DNA of 64,000 nt from a virus: positions 9,614-73,613 of IMG/VR virus record IMGVR_UViG_3300031997_000006, one strand, 5' to 3'. The notes under the pieces were generated by a model. That model ran no database searches, was not told where the DNA came from, and was given only the letters and a program-made list of their open reading frames with translations. Shown here in pieces: positions 1 through 9,245 of the stretch (positions are counted from its first letter, which is position 1; each line of letters begins with the position of its first letter). A program made the translations under genes and the position numbers.

Positions 1-2
1 AC

Positions 3-2138
3 CCGAACACAGCCCAGTATCCATCTGGGTGGTTAGATACTATTGTTGGATATGTGGTTTATCTTGGGAATGGGATGATTGCAGGACTAAATGCTACTTG
101 GAGTGGTACTTACGGAGCTATATATTCAATATCTGGAGATGGTACACCGACTGGAGGTAGTGCTCTTGAATATTTAATGTGGCAAAAATATGGATGGAAT
201 GGATCAGCTTGGGTGTTAGGTAATGCTGGAGCAAAAACAACTCACTCAGATGCACAACTTATGTCTAGTGGAATAAATGCAATATTTACTAACGGAGCAA
301 CCGGTACATCATTCATCACAGGTGATTATTATACAGGTGGAGTTAATGATGGTGTATTGAAAAATAATGCAATGACACTATCTGGTTCTGCTGACTTTTA
401 TGTTATACCAGCTCAAAACTTAACTGATTTTGATGGTGTTATTCGAACATATCCATGGACAACTGGGTCTGTTGTTTGGAGAAAAGCTCATTCAGCATTA
501 ACTGTAAATGAAGATAATTCATTAACAAATAATATTCCATACAGATCATATTCAATGAGTGCAGGGTCAAAAAATAGATTATTTGGTGATTTTTCAATAT
601 CGGGTACATTTACAGCAAATTCAAATCAGTATTATAGTATTGGTCTTAGATTAAATCATATTAGTGAAATACCTTACCTATGGAGTACATTTAATAATGA
701 ATGGTCATTTGCGTTAGCAGGTACAGCAATCACTGTTACAAACAGCGTAGGTACAGTAGTAGCAACACCTCCAGCAATGACAAATCCAAATCCAATAGGA
801 ATAGGATATTGCTCATCGAATGATAGTATATATGCTGCTAACTATAACACTGCCAATGTGTCTGTTATTAATCCAAATACTAATGCAGTAGTATCAACAA
901 TTAATGTTGGCTCTAACCCAATTAGTGTTACATATTGTTCTAGCAATGATAGAATATATGTCACGAATCAAGTAAGTAACTCAGTATCTGTTATTAATCC
1001 AAGCACTAATACAGTAGTAACTACCATTAGTGGTGTTAATACCAATCCGTATTATATTTATTATTGTTCAGTTAGTGATAAAATATATACTGCTAACTAT
1101 GGCTCAAATAACGTAATGGTTATTACTCCAAGTACTAATACTGTAACAGCTACAATTACCGTAGGCACCAACCCCGCAAAAATTACATATGCAGCCAACT
1201 CTGGGTTTTTATATGTTACAAATTATAACGGTAATTCAATATCAGTAATAAACACAACTAATAATACAGTAGTAGCTACCGTATCTAGTATTACAACACC
1301 AATGGGTATTACATATTGTTCGAGTAACACTAGTTTATATGTTGTTGACGTTAGTGATAATACCGTAATAGTAATTAATACAATTACATATGCAGTAATA
1401 ACAACAATTTCAGTAGGGGCAAATCCAAGAAACATTATTTATTGCCCTGCGAGTGATAGATTGTATGTAATAAATGCCGGAGGAAATAGTGTAACAGTAA
1501 TAAACCCAGGTACAAATACTGTAATTACCACAACTACAGTGGGTTATGCACCATATGACTTAGTGTATTGTTCTAGCAATAGTAGTGTGTATATAGCAAA
1601 TTATAATGCAAACCCAATTGTGTCAGTGGTAAGCACTGGTACTAATTTGGTAACTGCATCAATAAATACAACTAACTCAACGTCTTGGAACATAACTCGA
1701 TCAGGTACTACATTAACATTTTCAACAGCAGGTGTTGTGAGATACTCGACTACTGATACAAACTTCTCGTATGGTATTAGAGCAAGATATACCGATACTA
1801 CAAATGGAACATATACATTTAATGTAAATCCAATAACTGTTGATTCTTGTGGTACTGGATATTATGTAGGATTAGGAAATAGTATAACTGGAACAGGTAT
1901 TCACAATACAAAACAATTACGTTCAAGTTTAGTAAATTCAACAGATATTACAATTAACGGAACACCATTAGCATCATATGTTTCATATCCACAAAATGCA
2001 CCAGCTGCAGGTGGAGCGGTGATGTGTCCAGAAGAAGGATTAATGTTTTTTAACTCAGCTGATGTTGGTAAAACAGTTGCAGGTTCATATATGATGATAT
2101 ATCAAGCGTCAACTCCGTGTAATATTATTCCTGTATAA
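3..2138 (+). CDS. Virion/adhesin protein with 7-bladed YVTN beta-propeller (5'-truncated by window edge)
   Basis: Frame is open from nt 3; seven ~42-aa P-x-G/I-x-Y-CSS...IYVTN..SNSVSVI repeats at ~780-1670. Confidence 0.75.
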   Translation, partial: PNTAQYPSGWLDTIVGYVVYLGNGMIAGLNATWSGTYGAIYSISGDGTPTGGSALEYLMWQKYGWNGSAWVLGNAGAKTTHSDAQLMSSGINAIFTNGATGTSFITGDYYTGGVNDGVLKNNAMTLSGSADFYVIPAQNLTDFDGVIRTYPWTTGSVVWRKAHSALTVNEDNSLTNNIPYRSYSMSAGSKNRLFGDFSISGTFTANSNQYYSIGLRLNHISEIPYLWSTFNNEWSFALAGTAITVTNSVGTVVATPPAMTNPNPIGIGYCSSNDSIYAANYNTANVSVINPNTNAVVSTINVGSNPISVTYCSSNDRIYVTNQVSNSVSVINPSTNTVVTTISGVNTNPYYIYYCSVSDKIYTANYGSNNVMVITPSTNTVTATITVGTNPAKITYAANSGFLYVTNYNGNSISVINTTNNTVVATVSSITTPMGITYCSSNTSLYVVDVSDNTVIVINTITYAVITTISVGANPRNIIYCPASDRLYVINAGGNSVTVINPGTNTVITTTTVGYAPYDLVYCSSNSSVYIANYNANPIVSVVSTGTNLVTASINTTNSTSWNITRSGTTLTFSTAGVVRYSTTDTNFSYGIRARYTDTTNGTYTFNVNPITVDSCGTGYYVGLGNSITGTGIHNTKQLRSSLVNSTDITINGTPLASYVSYPQNAPAAGGAVMCPEEGLMFFNSADVGKTVAGSYMMIYQASTPCNIIPV

Positions 2139-2156
2139 AGGAAACATATAAATAGC

Positions 2157-2200
2157 TACCTTCTCATAAATACAAGTATATTAAAAATTATGAGAAGGTA
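2157..2200 (+). promoter_or_regulatory. Late promoter (CATAAATA 2165-2172) inside a 13-bp RBS-sequestering hairpin
   Basis: TACCTTCTCATAA (2157-2169) and TTATGAGAAGGTA (2188-2200) form a perfect inverted repeat covering the GAAGG RBS; TATAAATA also at 2147-2154. Confidence 0.65.
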
Positions 2201-2205
2201 TTCCT

Positions 2206-5200
2206 ATGTATGTAACAATCCGTCAAGGTATAATTAAAGCCCCAACTAACTTCCTTGTATATCAAAGTGGTGTGGTTGCCATCAACACCATGGACGCAGG
2301 GATTACAATAACTGCATCTCACGGTGATGCTGAGTATCTAATAACAGAAGATAGAAAAACATCAATAACCCCTGCGTGGATTCAAATATTTTCACCATTA
2401 GAGACATATTGGTTATTTTGGGATATAAACACCCGAACTGCACAAATAACATACACAAGTACAACTGTTGTTCCTGTGTATCAAAAAACCACTCCAATAA
2501 CTCCTATATTGAATACTCATTGGTTTAATACTAATGATAATACAATGCGTGTGTGGGATGGTTTTGCATGGATCGAAAAAATTCGAGTACTTGCCGGTAT
2601 ATTAGCAAATACTACAACTTTAACATTAGCTATAGCTGGTGTATCACAATCTGGAAATAATACTCCAAGAAATTCCGGTAGTATTTTATTTGATTCTACA
2701 AGCACACCAATAAAAAGAAATTTAAAAACCTTTTTAACAACTGAAGATACTATTTTTTATGATAGTAATAATATTAGTGCAACTAATATTGAAGCTAAAA
2801 CAGTTTGGGCTCAAGTTATAGAAAATATTAATGCTTTCTCTGTAGTTAGTACATTATCAGATGGTACATTAAAATTAGCTAGTGCTGAAGATATTGGAAT
2901 ATCAAATATTGCTATGGCGATGGATAGCGCTACATTAGGTGATCATGTTAGTGTTACACTGCAAGGTAAAATTACAAATCCAGATTGGAATTGGACACAA
3001 ATTAATCAACTATTGTGGTTAGATATAAATGGACAATTAACTGTTACTGATCCAAATACACTTAATCCAATAAGACCAAGTAGATCTCCAATTGCAAGAG
3101 TAATATCTATAGATTCAATTATATTTATGCCTGGGTTAATTGCTTCATCTTCACAAGTAAATAATATTATAGGATTAGCGTCAACTATTAGATTTGGTGC
3201 AACTAAATTATCAGTAGATGCAATATTACCAATTAATCCTATAGTTGTTGGTAATAATGATCCGAGAATGACTAATGCGAGAGTTGCATTACCACATGTT
3301 CATACAGCATTAAGTATACCAACAACAGCTCATAATTCATTAATAGCCTCTGATGTACAAAGTGTATTAAATTCATTGTATGATACAAAAATAGATTCAT
3401 CTGGAGGTACAATTTCAGGAATATTATCTATTTTACAAACACCAACTAGTCCATATCATGCTGTTAATAAACAATATGTTGATAATGCAAGTTCCGGTTT
3501 TATGTTCGTTGATCCTGTGGTAGCAGCATCAACAACACATATTCCAGTATTAGCAGGATTAACAACTATTGATGGTATAGAATTGTCTGCAAACGATAGA
3601 GTATTAATTAAAAATCAAAATAATAATATAAAAAATGGAATATATACTGCTTCTGTTAGTGCTTGGACTCGTACAACAGATACTGATGAAGTTTTAGAAG
3701 TACATACGGGATTATACGTTTTTGTACAGAGTGGAAGTATTAATAGTCAAACAGGATGGGTATTAACAACTCCAAATCCAATTATACCTGATGAGTCTAG
3801 TATGATATTTGTCCAATTTAATGGATTAGGTCAAATAACTGTAGGTAATGGTTTATTAAAAACTGGAAATAGTATATCAGCTATAACTGTAACGAATTCA
3901 AGACTTGTGTCAACACTTAGTGGATTAGATTTAGTTACTACTGGAGTTGTACCAAGTACATATAATAATGTAGTGGTAGATTTATACGGACGAGTTACAA
4001 GTGGAAATAATGTTAGTTACTTAACAGATAATAATATTGTTACATATACAGGAGATGTAACTGGAACTGGTAATGCTATAGTTGAGCTAACATTAAGTAG
4101 TGTTGGTACCCCTGGCACATACACATCAGTAACAACAGACATAAATGGTCGTGTAATAAGTGGATCGAATCCATCGTCAGGTGTGACACCTGGAACATAT
4201 AATACAGTAACTGTAAATGATACAGGTTTAGTAATTCTTGCTGAAAATACAATATATTTAACAGATAATCAACAAATTACATTATCTGGAGATATAACAG
4301 GTAGTGGTACAGTAAACATAGAAACAACATTAAGTAATAATGGTGTCATGCCTGGTACTTATCGAATTGTTACAGTTGATGCAACTGGCCGTGTTACGAG
4401 TGGAGACACTGGAGCAACAGGTATTACTCCAGGTACATATAATAGCTTAACTATAAATGATTGGGGAAATGCAACTGCAGGTACACAAGAACCTTATATT
4501 ACAGATGTAACTTTAAGTGGTGATGTGACCGGAGCTGGTGCTGGATCTGTTACAACAACATTAAGTAATACTGGAGTTACTGCTAACACATATGGTAGTT
4601 CAATGTCAGTTCCTGTAATTACAGTTGACGCTAAAGGTAGAATAACAGGGTTAACAACAACTGTAATTAGTGGTAATCCTGGTGGAATATATACTAATAT
4701 TATTGGAGATTCTAATTTTAGCAGTGTAACACTATTATTACACGGAGATGGAACTAATGGATCTACAACATTTACCGATAGTTCATTATTAAATAAAACA
4801 ATTACTCGATCTGGAAATGCACAAATAAGTACAACTAACTCCAAGTTTGGAGGAGCTAGTATATTATTTGATGGAGGTGGAGATTATTTGAATATACCAA
4901 CATCTGCTGATTTTGCGTTTGGTACTGGAGATTTTACTATTGAAAGTTGGTTATATCCTGTTTTTCCTCCTAATGGATATCCTATATGCATATATACAAA
5001 TCAACAACCTATGGATGTTGGACTATCTATAGCACAATACGGTAATAATAATATATATATTAATGTAGCTGGATCGTATATTAACTCAGGACCTAATACT
5101 CTTCCTGATAATACTTGGACTCATTTTGCATTAACCAGATCTGGAACAAATTTAAGATTATTTATAAATGGTACTCAAGTAGCAACTACTGTTACTAATA

Positions 5201-6099
5201 GTACTAATGTCACATGTGCTCCCAATTATCCTACTATTGGTGGTAATAGTAGTGGATGGGATTATAAAGGATATATGGATGACTTTAGAGTAACTAAAGG
5301 TATCGCTCGTTATACTTCTAATTTTACTGCACCTACTGCAGCATTTTCTAATGTTGCAGTTATTGGTACACTCACATCTATTCAATTTAATAATAATGGT
5401 GTTTTAGGTGGGTCATCAAGCTTTATTTGGGATAATACTAATAATTATCTTGGAGTTAATAAATCAACACCTACTCAAGCACTTGATGTTGTTGGTAATA
5501 TAACAGCAACTGGCACTTTAGTTTTAGGAACTCCACTAGCGACAACACAAGGTGGTACTGGATTATCAACATTAGGAACAGGACTTCAAGTTTTAAGAAC
5601 AAATACAGGTGCAACTGGACTTGAATGGGCTACTGTGTCTAGTGGTAGTATTTCCGTAACTAATGATACAACTACAAACAATACATGTTACCCAACATTT
5701 AGTACTACAACATCAGGAGTTGTAACAACTTTAGAAGTATCTGATACACAATTAACATTTAATCCAAGTACAGGAACATTATTTGCAACTAACATGGCAA
5801 CATCTTCTGATAAAACATTAAAAGAAAATATTGTGACCATAATAAATGGTTTAGATATTATCAATCAAATTGAACCAAGACAATTTAACTGGAAGCGAAC
5901 TGGTGAAGTAGGATATGGTGTTGTTGCTCAAGAAATTGAAAACTTATTACCAGAACTGGTATACGAAGGTAGTGAATATAAGTCAGTAAACTATAATTAC
6001 ATAGTTGGATTCTTGATTTCAGCGGTTAAGGATTTATCTCAACAAGTTGAAAATAGTTCAGCAAAAATTGAGTATTTATTGTCTCAATTACCAAAATAA
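2206..6099 (+). CDS. Long tail fibre protein with LamG/ConA-like domain and C-terminal peptidase S74 chaperone
   Basis: GTY..VTVD..GRVT fibre repeats, LLLHGDG...GYMDDFRVTKG LamG module, SDKTLKENI...GVVAQE S74 motif. Confidence 0.85.
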   Translation: MYVTIRQGIIKAPTNFLVYQSGVVAINTMDAGITITASHGDAEYLITEDRKTSITPAWIQIFSPLETYWLFWDINTRTAQITYTSTTVVPVYQKTTPITPILNTHWFNTNDNTMRVWDGFAWIEKIRVLAGILANTTTLTLAIAGVSQSGNNTPRNSGSILFDSTSTPIKRNLKTFLTTEDTIFYDSNNISATNIEAKTVWAQVIENINAFSVVSTLSDGTLKLASAEDIGISNIAMAMDSATLGDHVSVTLQGKITNPDWNWTQINQLLWLDINGQLTVTDPNTLNPIRPSRSPIARVISIDSIIFMPGLIASSSQVNNIIGLASTIRFGATKLSVDAILPINPIVVGNNDPRMTNARVALPHVHTALSIPTTAHNSLIASDVQSVLNSLYDTKIDSSGGTISGILSILQTPTSPYHAVNKQYVDNASSGFMFVDPVVAASTTHIPVLAGLTTIDGIELSANDRVLIKNQNNNIKNGIYTASVSAWTRTTDTDEVLEVHTGLYVFVQSGSINSQTGWVLTTPNPIIPDESSMIFVQFNGLGQITVGNGLLKTGNSISAITVTNSRLVSTLSGLDLVTTGVVPSTYNNVVVDLYGRVTSGNNVSYLTDNNIVTYTGDVTGTGNAIVELTLSSVGTPGTYTSVTTDINGRVISGSNPSSGVTPGTYNTVTVNDTGLVILAENTIYLTDNQQITLSGDITGSGTVNIETTLSNNGVMPGTYRIVTVDATGRVTSGDTGATGITPGTYNSLTINDWGNATAGTQEPYITDVTLSGDVTGAGAGSVTTTLSNTGVTANTYGSSMSVPVITVDAKGRITGLTTTVISGNPGGIYTNIIGDSNFSSVTLLLHGDGTNGSTTFTDSSLLNKTITRSGNAQISTTNSKFGGASILFDGGGDYLNIPTSADFAFGTGDFTIESWLYPVFPPNGYPICIYTNQQPMDVGLSIAQYGNNNIYINVAGSYINSGPNTLPDNTWTHFALTRSGTNLRLFINGTQVATTVTNSTNVTCAPNYPTIGGNSSGWDYKGYMDDFRVTKGIARYTSNFTAPTAAFSNVAVIGTLTSIQFNNNGVLGGSSSFIWDNTNNYLGVNKSTPTQALDVVGNITATGTLVLGTPLATTQGGTGLSTLGTGLQVLRTNTGATGLEWATVSSGSISVTNDTTTNNTCYPTFSTTTSGVVTTLEVSDTQLTFNPSTGTLFATNMATSSDKTLKENIVTIINGLDIINQIEPRQFNWKRTGEVGYGVVAQEIENLLPELVYEGSEYKSVNYNYIVGFLISAVKDLSQQVENSSAKIEYLLSQLPK

Positions 6100-6122
6100 T
6101 ATCGACCCCGTTGTGTATTCAG

Positions 6123-6307
6123 GATAAATAATATAAGCAACTAATAAAAAAGAGCGTAAATTAGTTGCTTATAGCTCTAAAAGCACATATAATATTTTTC
6201 ATGTGCTAAACAGCACCCGCAATGGACTTGTGGGATTATAAGTCAAGATATTTTGACAGTTCATTTTATGATTTTTTAATTTAATTTAATTTTTTGGAGT
6301 ATCAATT
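6123..6307 (+). promoter_or_regulatory. gp32 leader: late promoter, two candidate pseudoknots and U/A-rich unstructured tract
   Basis: GATAAATA 6123; 14-bp stem 6132-6145/6160-6173 with loop AGAGC complementary to GCTCT 6174-6178; CCCGC/GTGGG plus GACTT/AAGTC at 6216-6244; TTTAA repeats before the RBS. Confidence 0.55.
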
Positions 6308-7207
6308 ATGAGTAAGTTTAATTTAGCAACACTTAAAGCAAATTTCACAGCTAAATCTAGCGGTGAATCATCAGGTAATAATAATTATTATCCATTCTGG
6401 GAAATGGCAATAGGTAATGTTGCAAAAATCAGATTTTTACCTGATTTAAATGAAGACAATCCATTAGGGTTTTTAGTCAAAAAAATGTATCATGAATTAG
6501 TTATCAACGGCGAAAAGAAAAAAGTAGCTTGTTTGAAACAATATGATCCAACAAACGAATGTCCGATTTGTAAAGCAGCTGCTGCTTATTACAAATCTGA
6601 AGGTAAAGACAGCCCAAATGGAAAAAAATATTATCGTAAATTGCAATATCTTGCACAAGTTTTAATTTTAGAAGATCCGATTACACCAAATACCGAAACA
6701 GGTGAAACATACAAAAATACAGTTAAATATGTACAATTAGGTACAAAGATTTATGATTGTATTAAAGATGCATTTGAGTCTGGTGAATTTGATGAAATGC
6801 CCATTGAATATAATGGTGGTACAAACTTTATTATTAAAAAAACCCAATCTGGCGATTATGCTGATTATTCACGCAGTAAATTTGAAAACAAACCATCTAA
6901 TTTAGATAAAAACACTATTGAATTAGTTACATCATCTTTAGTTGACTTAACATCTTTATTACCTGCAAATCCAGGATATGAAAAAGTAGAAGCGATGTTT
7001 CATGCAGCATTAAATGGTGTTGATTATAGTCAAGGTGATGATGAGGAAGATGATGAGCCAATTACACCACCTACCACCAAAGTAAAATCAACTAATAAAT
7101 CTACTACGAATTCAACTCCTGTTGCAGAAGAAACTGATGATGCAGTTGATGAAGAAGCTGAACAAATTCTTGCGTCTTTACGTGCACGTAGACCTGTTAC
7201 TCAATAA
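6308..7207 (+). CDS. T4 gp32-like single-stranded DNA-binding protein
   Basis: IRFLP, CPIC, ADYSRSKF motifs, acidic C-terminus, upstream of uvsX. Confidence 0.9.
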   Translation: MSKFNLATLKANFTAKSSGESSGNNNYYPFWEMAIGNVAKIRFLPDLNEDNPLGFLVKKMYHELVINGEKKKVACLKQYDPTNECPICKAAAAYYKSEGKDSPNGKKYYRKLQYLAQVLILEDPITPNTETGETYKNTVKYVQLGTKIYDCIKDAFESGEFDEMPIEYNGGTNFIIKKTQSGDYADYSRSKFENKPSNLDKNTIELVTSSLVDLTSLLPANPGYEKVEAMFHAALNGVDYSQGDDEEDDEPITPPTTKVKSTNKSTTNSTPVAEETDDAVDEEAEQILASLRARRPVTQ

Positions 7208-7225
7208 GTTATTTTGATTCAATTT

Positions 7226-7263
7226 AAATGTGTGCTATAGTTCAATCTATAGTACGCATTTTA
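7226..7263 (+). terminator. Hairpin (terminator or processing site) between gp32 and uvsX
   Basis: AAATGTGTGCTATAG / CTATAGTACGCATTT stem with G-U pairs, short T-run. Confidence 0.5.
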
Positions 7264-7282
7264 TATAAAGGAGTAAATAAAT

Positions 7283-8386
7283 ATGACAATGGGATTTTTA
7301 AAAGACTACAGGCAAACTATAAAAAAAATGGAGGGTATATCAACTGATGCATCACCTCCAAGATATTGGTTCTCTACAGGTAATCATGTACTTAATGGAA
7401 TTATAGGTATAAGTTTTGATGATGGTATTCCACAAGGAAGAATTACCGCAATATGTGGATTTTCAGGAGCAGGTAAAAGTTTTATTTGTGGTAATATTTT
7501 AAAAGCAGCTCAAGCGGAAGGTGCGTTTGTGTTAGTTATTGATACAGAGAATGCATTAGATGAACCATATTTAACTGGAATTGGTGTTAATGTTGATGAA
7601 GATCAGTTTGCATACGCATCACCAACTACAATTCCACAAGCAGTAAAAGTGATTTCAGCATTTATGAAGGGATATAAAAAAGATTATGGATTTAACGCTG
7701 ATGCACCAAAAATAATTATATGTGTTGATAGTCTTGATATGTTGATGACACAATCTGAATATGAACATTATTTAAAAGGCGAAACAGCTGGAGACCAAGG
7801 TCAACAAATAAAACAAATTAAAGCATTTTTACGAGCAGTTGTTCAAGACATAAAAGGAACTAATGTTTCTGCTATTGTAACGAAACAAGTTTATAGAGGT
7901 CAGGGAATGTTTGCAGACCCTGCTATCGTTACAGAAGCAATGAAATATTCTTGTTCTCAAATTTTAATGGCTACAAAATTAAGATTAAAAGATGGTGATA
8001 ATAAACAATTTGGTATAAGAATGAAAGTTGATGTACCTAAAACTCGATTTTGTAAACCATTTCAATCAGTTACAATTGATGTTCCATATGATACAGGAAT
8101 GGATCCATATAGTGGATTATTTAATGCTGCTGTAAGTTTAGGAGTTGTTACAGGAAAGGGCTGGTATGAAGTAACCGGTACTGATATTAGAGTACATGGT
8201 GAAGATAAATTAACTCCACATTTTCCAACAATACTTGAAAAATGCAAAGCAATTGAATCAAGATTTATTGAAGTAAAAGTCGATAATGATGATATTGATA
8301 TTGAAGAAATTGTAACTGCAAAAAGTAAACGTGTAAAAAAAGGTGAAGATCTCTTAAATACTCAGGATGATACGACAGAAGATTGA
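7283..8386 (+). CDS. uvsX: UvsX/RecA-like recombinase
   Basis: GIPQGRIT..GFSGAGKS Walker A, IDTENALD, VDSL, KTRF.KPF. Confidence 0.9.
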   Translation: MTMGFLKDYRQTIKKMEGISTDASPPRYWFSTGNHVLNGIIGISFDDGIPQGRITAICGFSGAGKSFICGNILKAAQAEGAFVLVIDTENALDEPYLTGIGVNVDEDQFAYASPTTIPQAVKVISAFMKGYKKDYGFNADAPKIIICVDSLDMLMTQSEYEHYLKGETAGDQGQQIKQIKAFLRAVVQDIKGTNVSAIVTKQVYRGQGMFADPAIVTEAMKYSCSQILMATKLRLKDGDNKQFGIRMKVDVPKTRFCKPFQSVTIDVPYDTGMDPYSGLFNAAVSLGVVTGKGWYEVTGTDIRVHGEDKLTPHFPTILEKCKAIESRFIEVKVDNDDIDIEEIVTAKSKRVKKGEDLLNTQDDTTED

Positions 8387-8401
8387 TATATAGGTAAGAA
8401 C

Positions 8402-8782
8402 ATGCAAAATATAACTATAAAAATACAAGCTCTCTTTAATCAACGAATGAAAGATTATGAAAATATAACTGCTGATATAATTGAGTGTTTACAATTTGCA
8501 GTTGACGGAATTAAAGAATATTTTTTAACTGTTGGTGTACTTGTTCGAATAGATGATGTCATGATTGTTTCAGGAATTTTTGTGTTTGCTACAGTGGTTG
8601 AAAATACATTAGTTGAAACACCACAAGCGTTTAATGTTGGTGTTCCAACTAATGTATTATTAACTCAATCAAATATAAAAGTCTGTGAATTTTTAACTGA
8701 TGAAGCTGCGAAATCAACAGCTCAACAAGAACTTAACCGTACTTATACACATTCTCCAGTATTAAAAAAACGTTTACATTAA
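8402..8782 (+). CDS. Hypothetical protein
   Basis: 126-aa ORF tightly packed in the operon. Confidence 0.6.
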   Translation: MQNITIKIQALFNQRMKDYENITADIIECLQFAVDGIKEYFLTVGVLVRIDDVMIVSGIFVFATVVENTLVETPQAFNVGVPTNVLLTQSNIKVCEFLTDEAAKSTAQQELNRTYTHSPVLKKRLH

Positions 8783-8783
8783 T

Positions 8784-9245
8784 ATGAATATAACATTAGA
8801 TTTAATTATTAAAGATATAGCTAATGTGGATAGTGTATTGCAATATTATAGGGACGAGTTAGTGGATTTTAATACTCATCTACAAATACAATATAAACGA
8901 ATTGATACAGCTGTAATTGAACAAGCCGGTTGGTATAGTTTTTATGATACTAAACGAGCAGAATTAAAAATAATTTATGAATATATGGAACTAAAATTAG
9001 CCACAATACATAGTATAAAGTGGCAAAAATTTACAGAGAAACACGATCGAGCCTTAACTCAAAAAGATAAAGAAGTATATATTAAACATGATGTTGATTA
9101 TATAAATATGTCAATTCTTGTGTTACATACGAAAGAAGTGTATGAACAATATATGAGTATAGTTGATAGTTTTAAAATGCGAGGATATAGTTTAAATAAC
9201 TTAACCAAATTAAAAACAACAAATCAAGAAGATTGGGTTATATAA
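8784..9245 (+). CDS. uvsY: UvsY-like recombination mediator
   Basis: Helical 153 aa with KHDRALT.KD...YI and FKMRGYSLNN; lies between uvsX and uvsW. Confidence 0.7.
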   Translation: MNITLDLIIKDIANVDSVLQYYRDELVDFNTHLQIQYKRIDTAVIEQAGWYSFYDTKRAELKIIYEYMELKLATIHSIKWQKFTEKHDRALTQKDKEVYIKHDVDYINMSILVLHTKEVYEQYMSIVDSFKMRGYSLNNLTKLKTTNQEDWVI

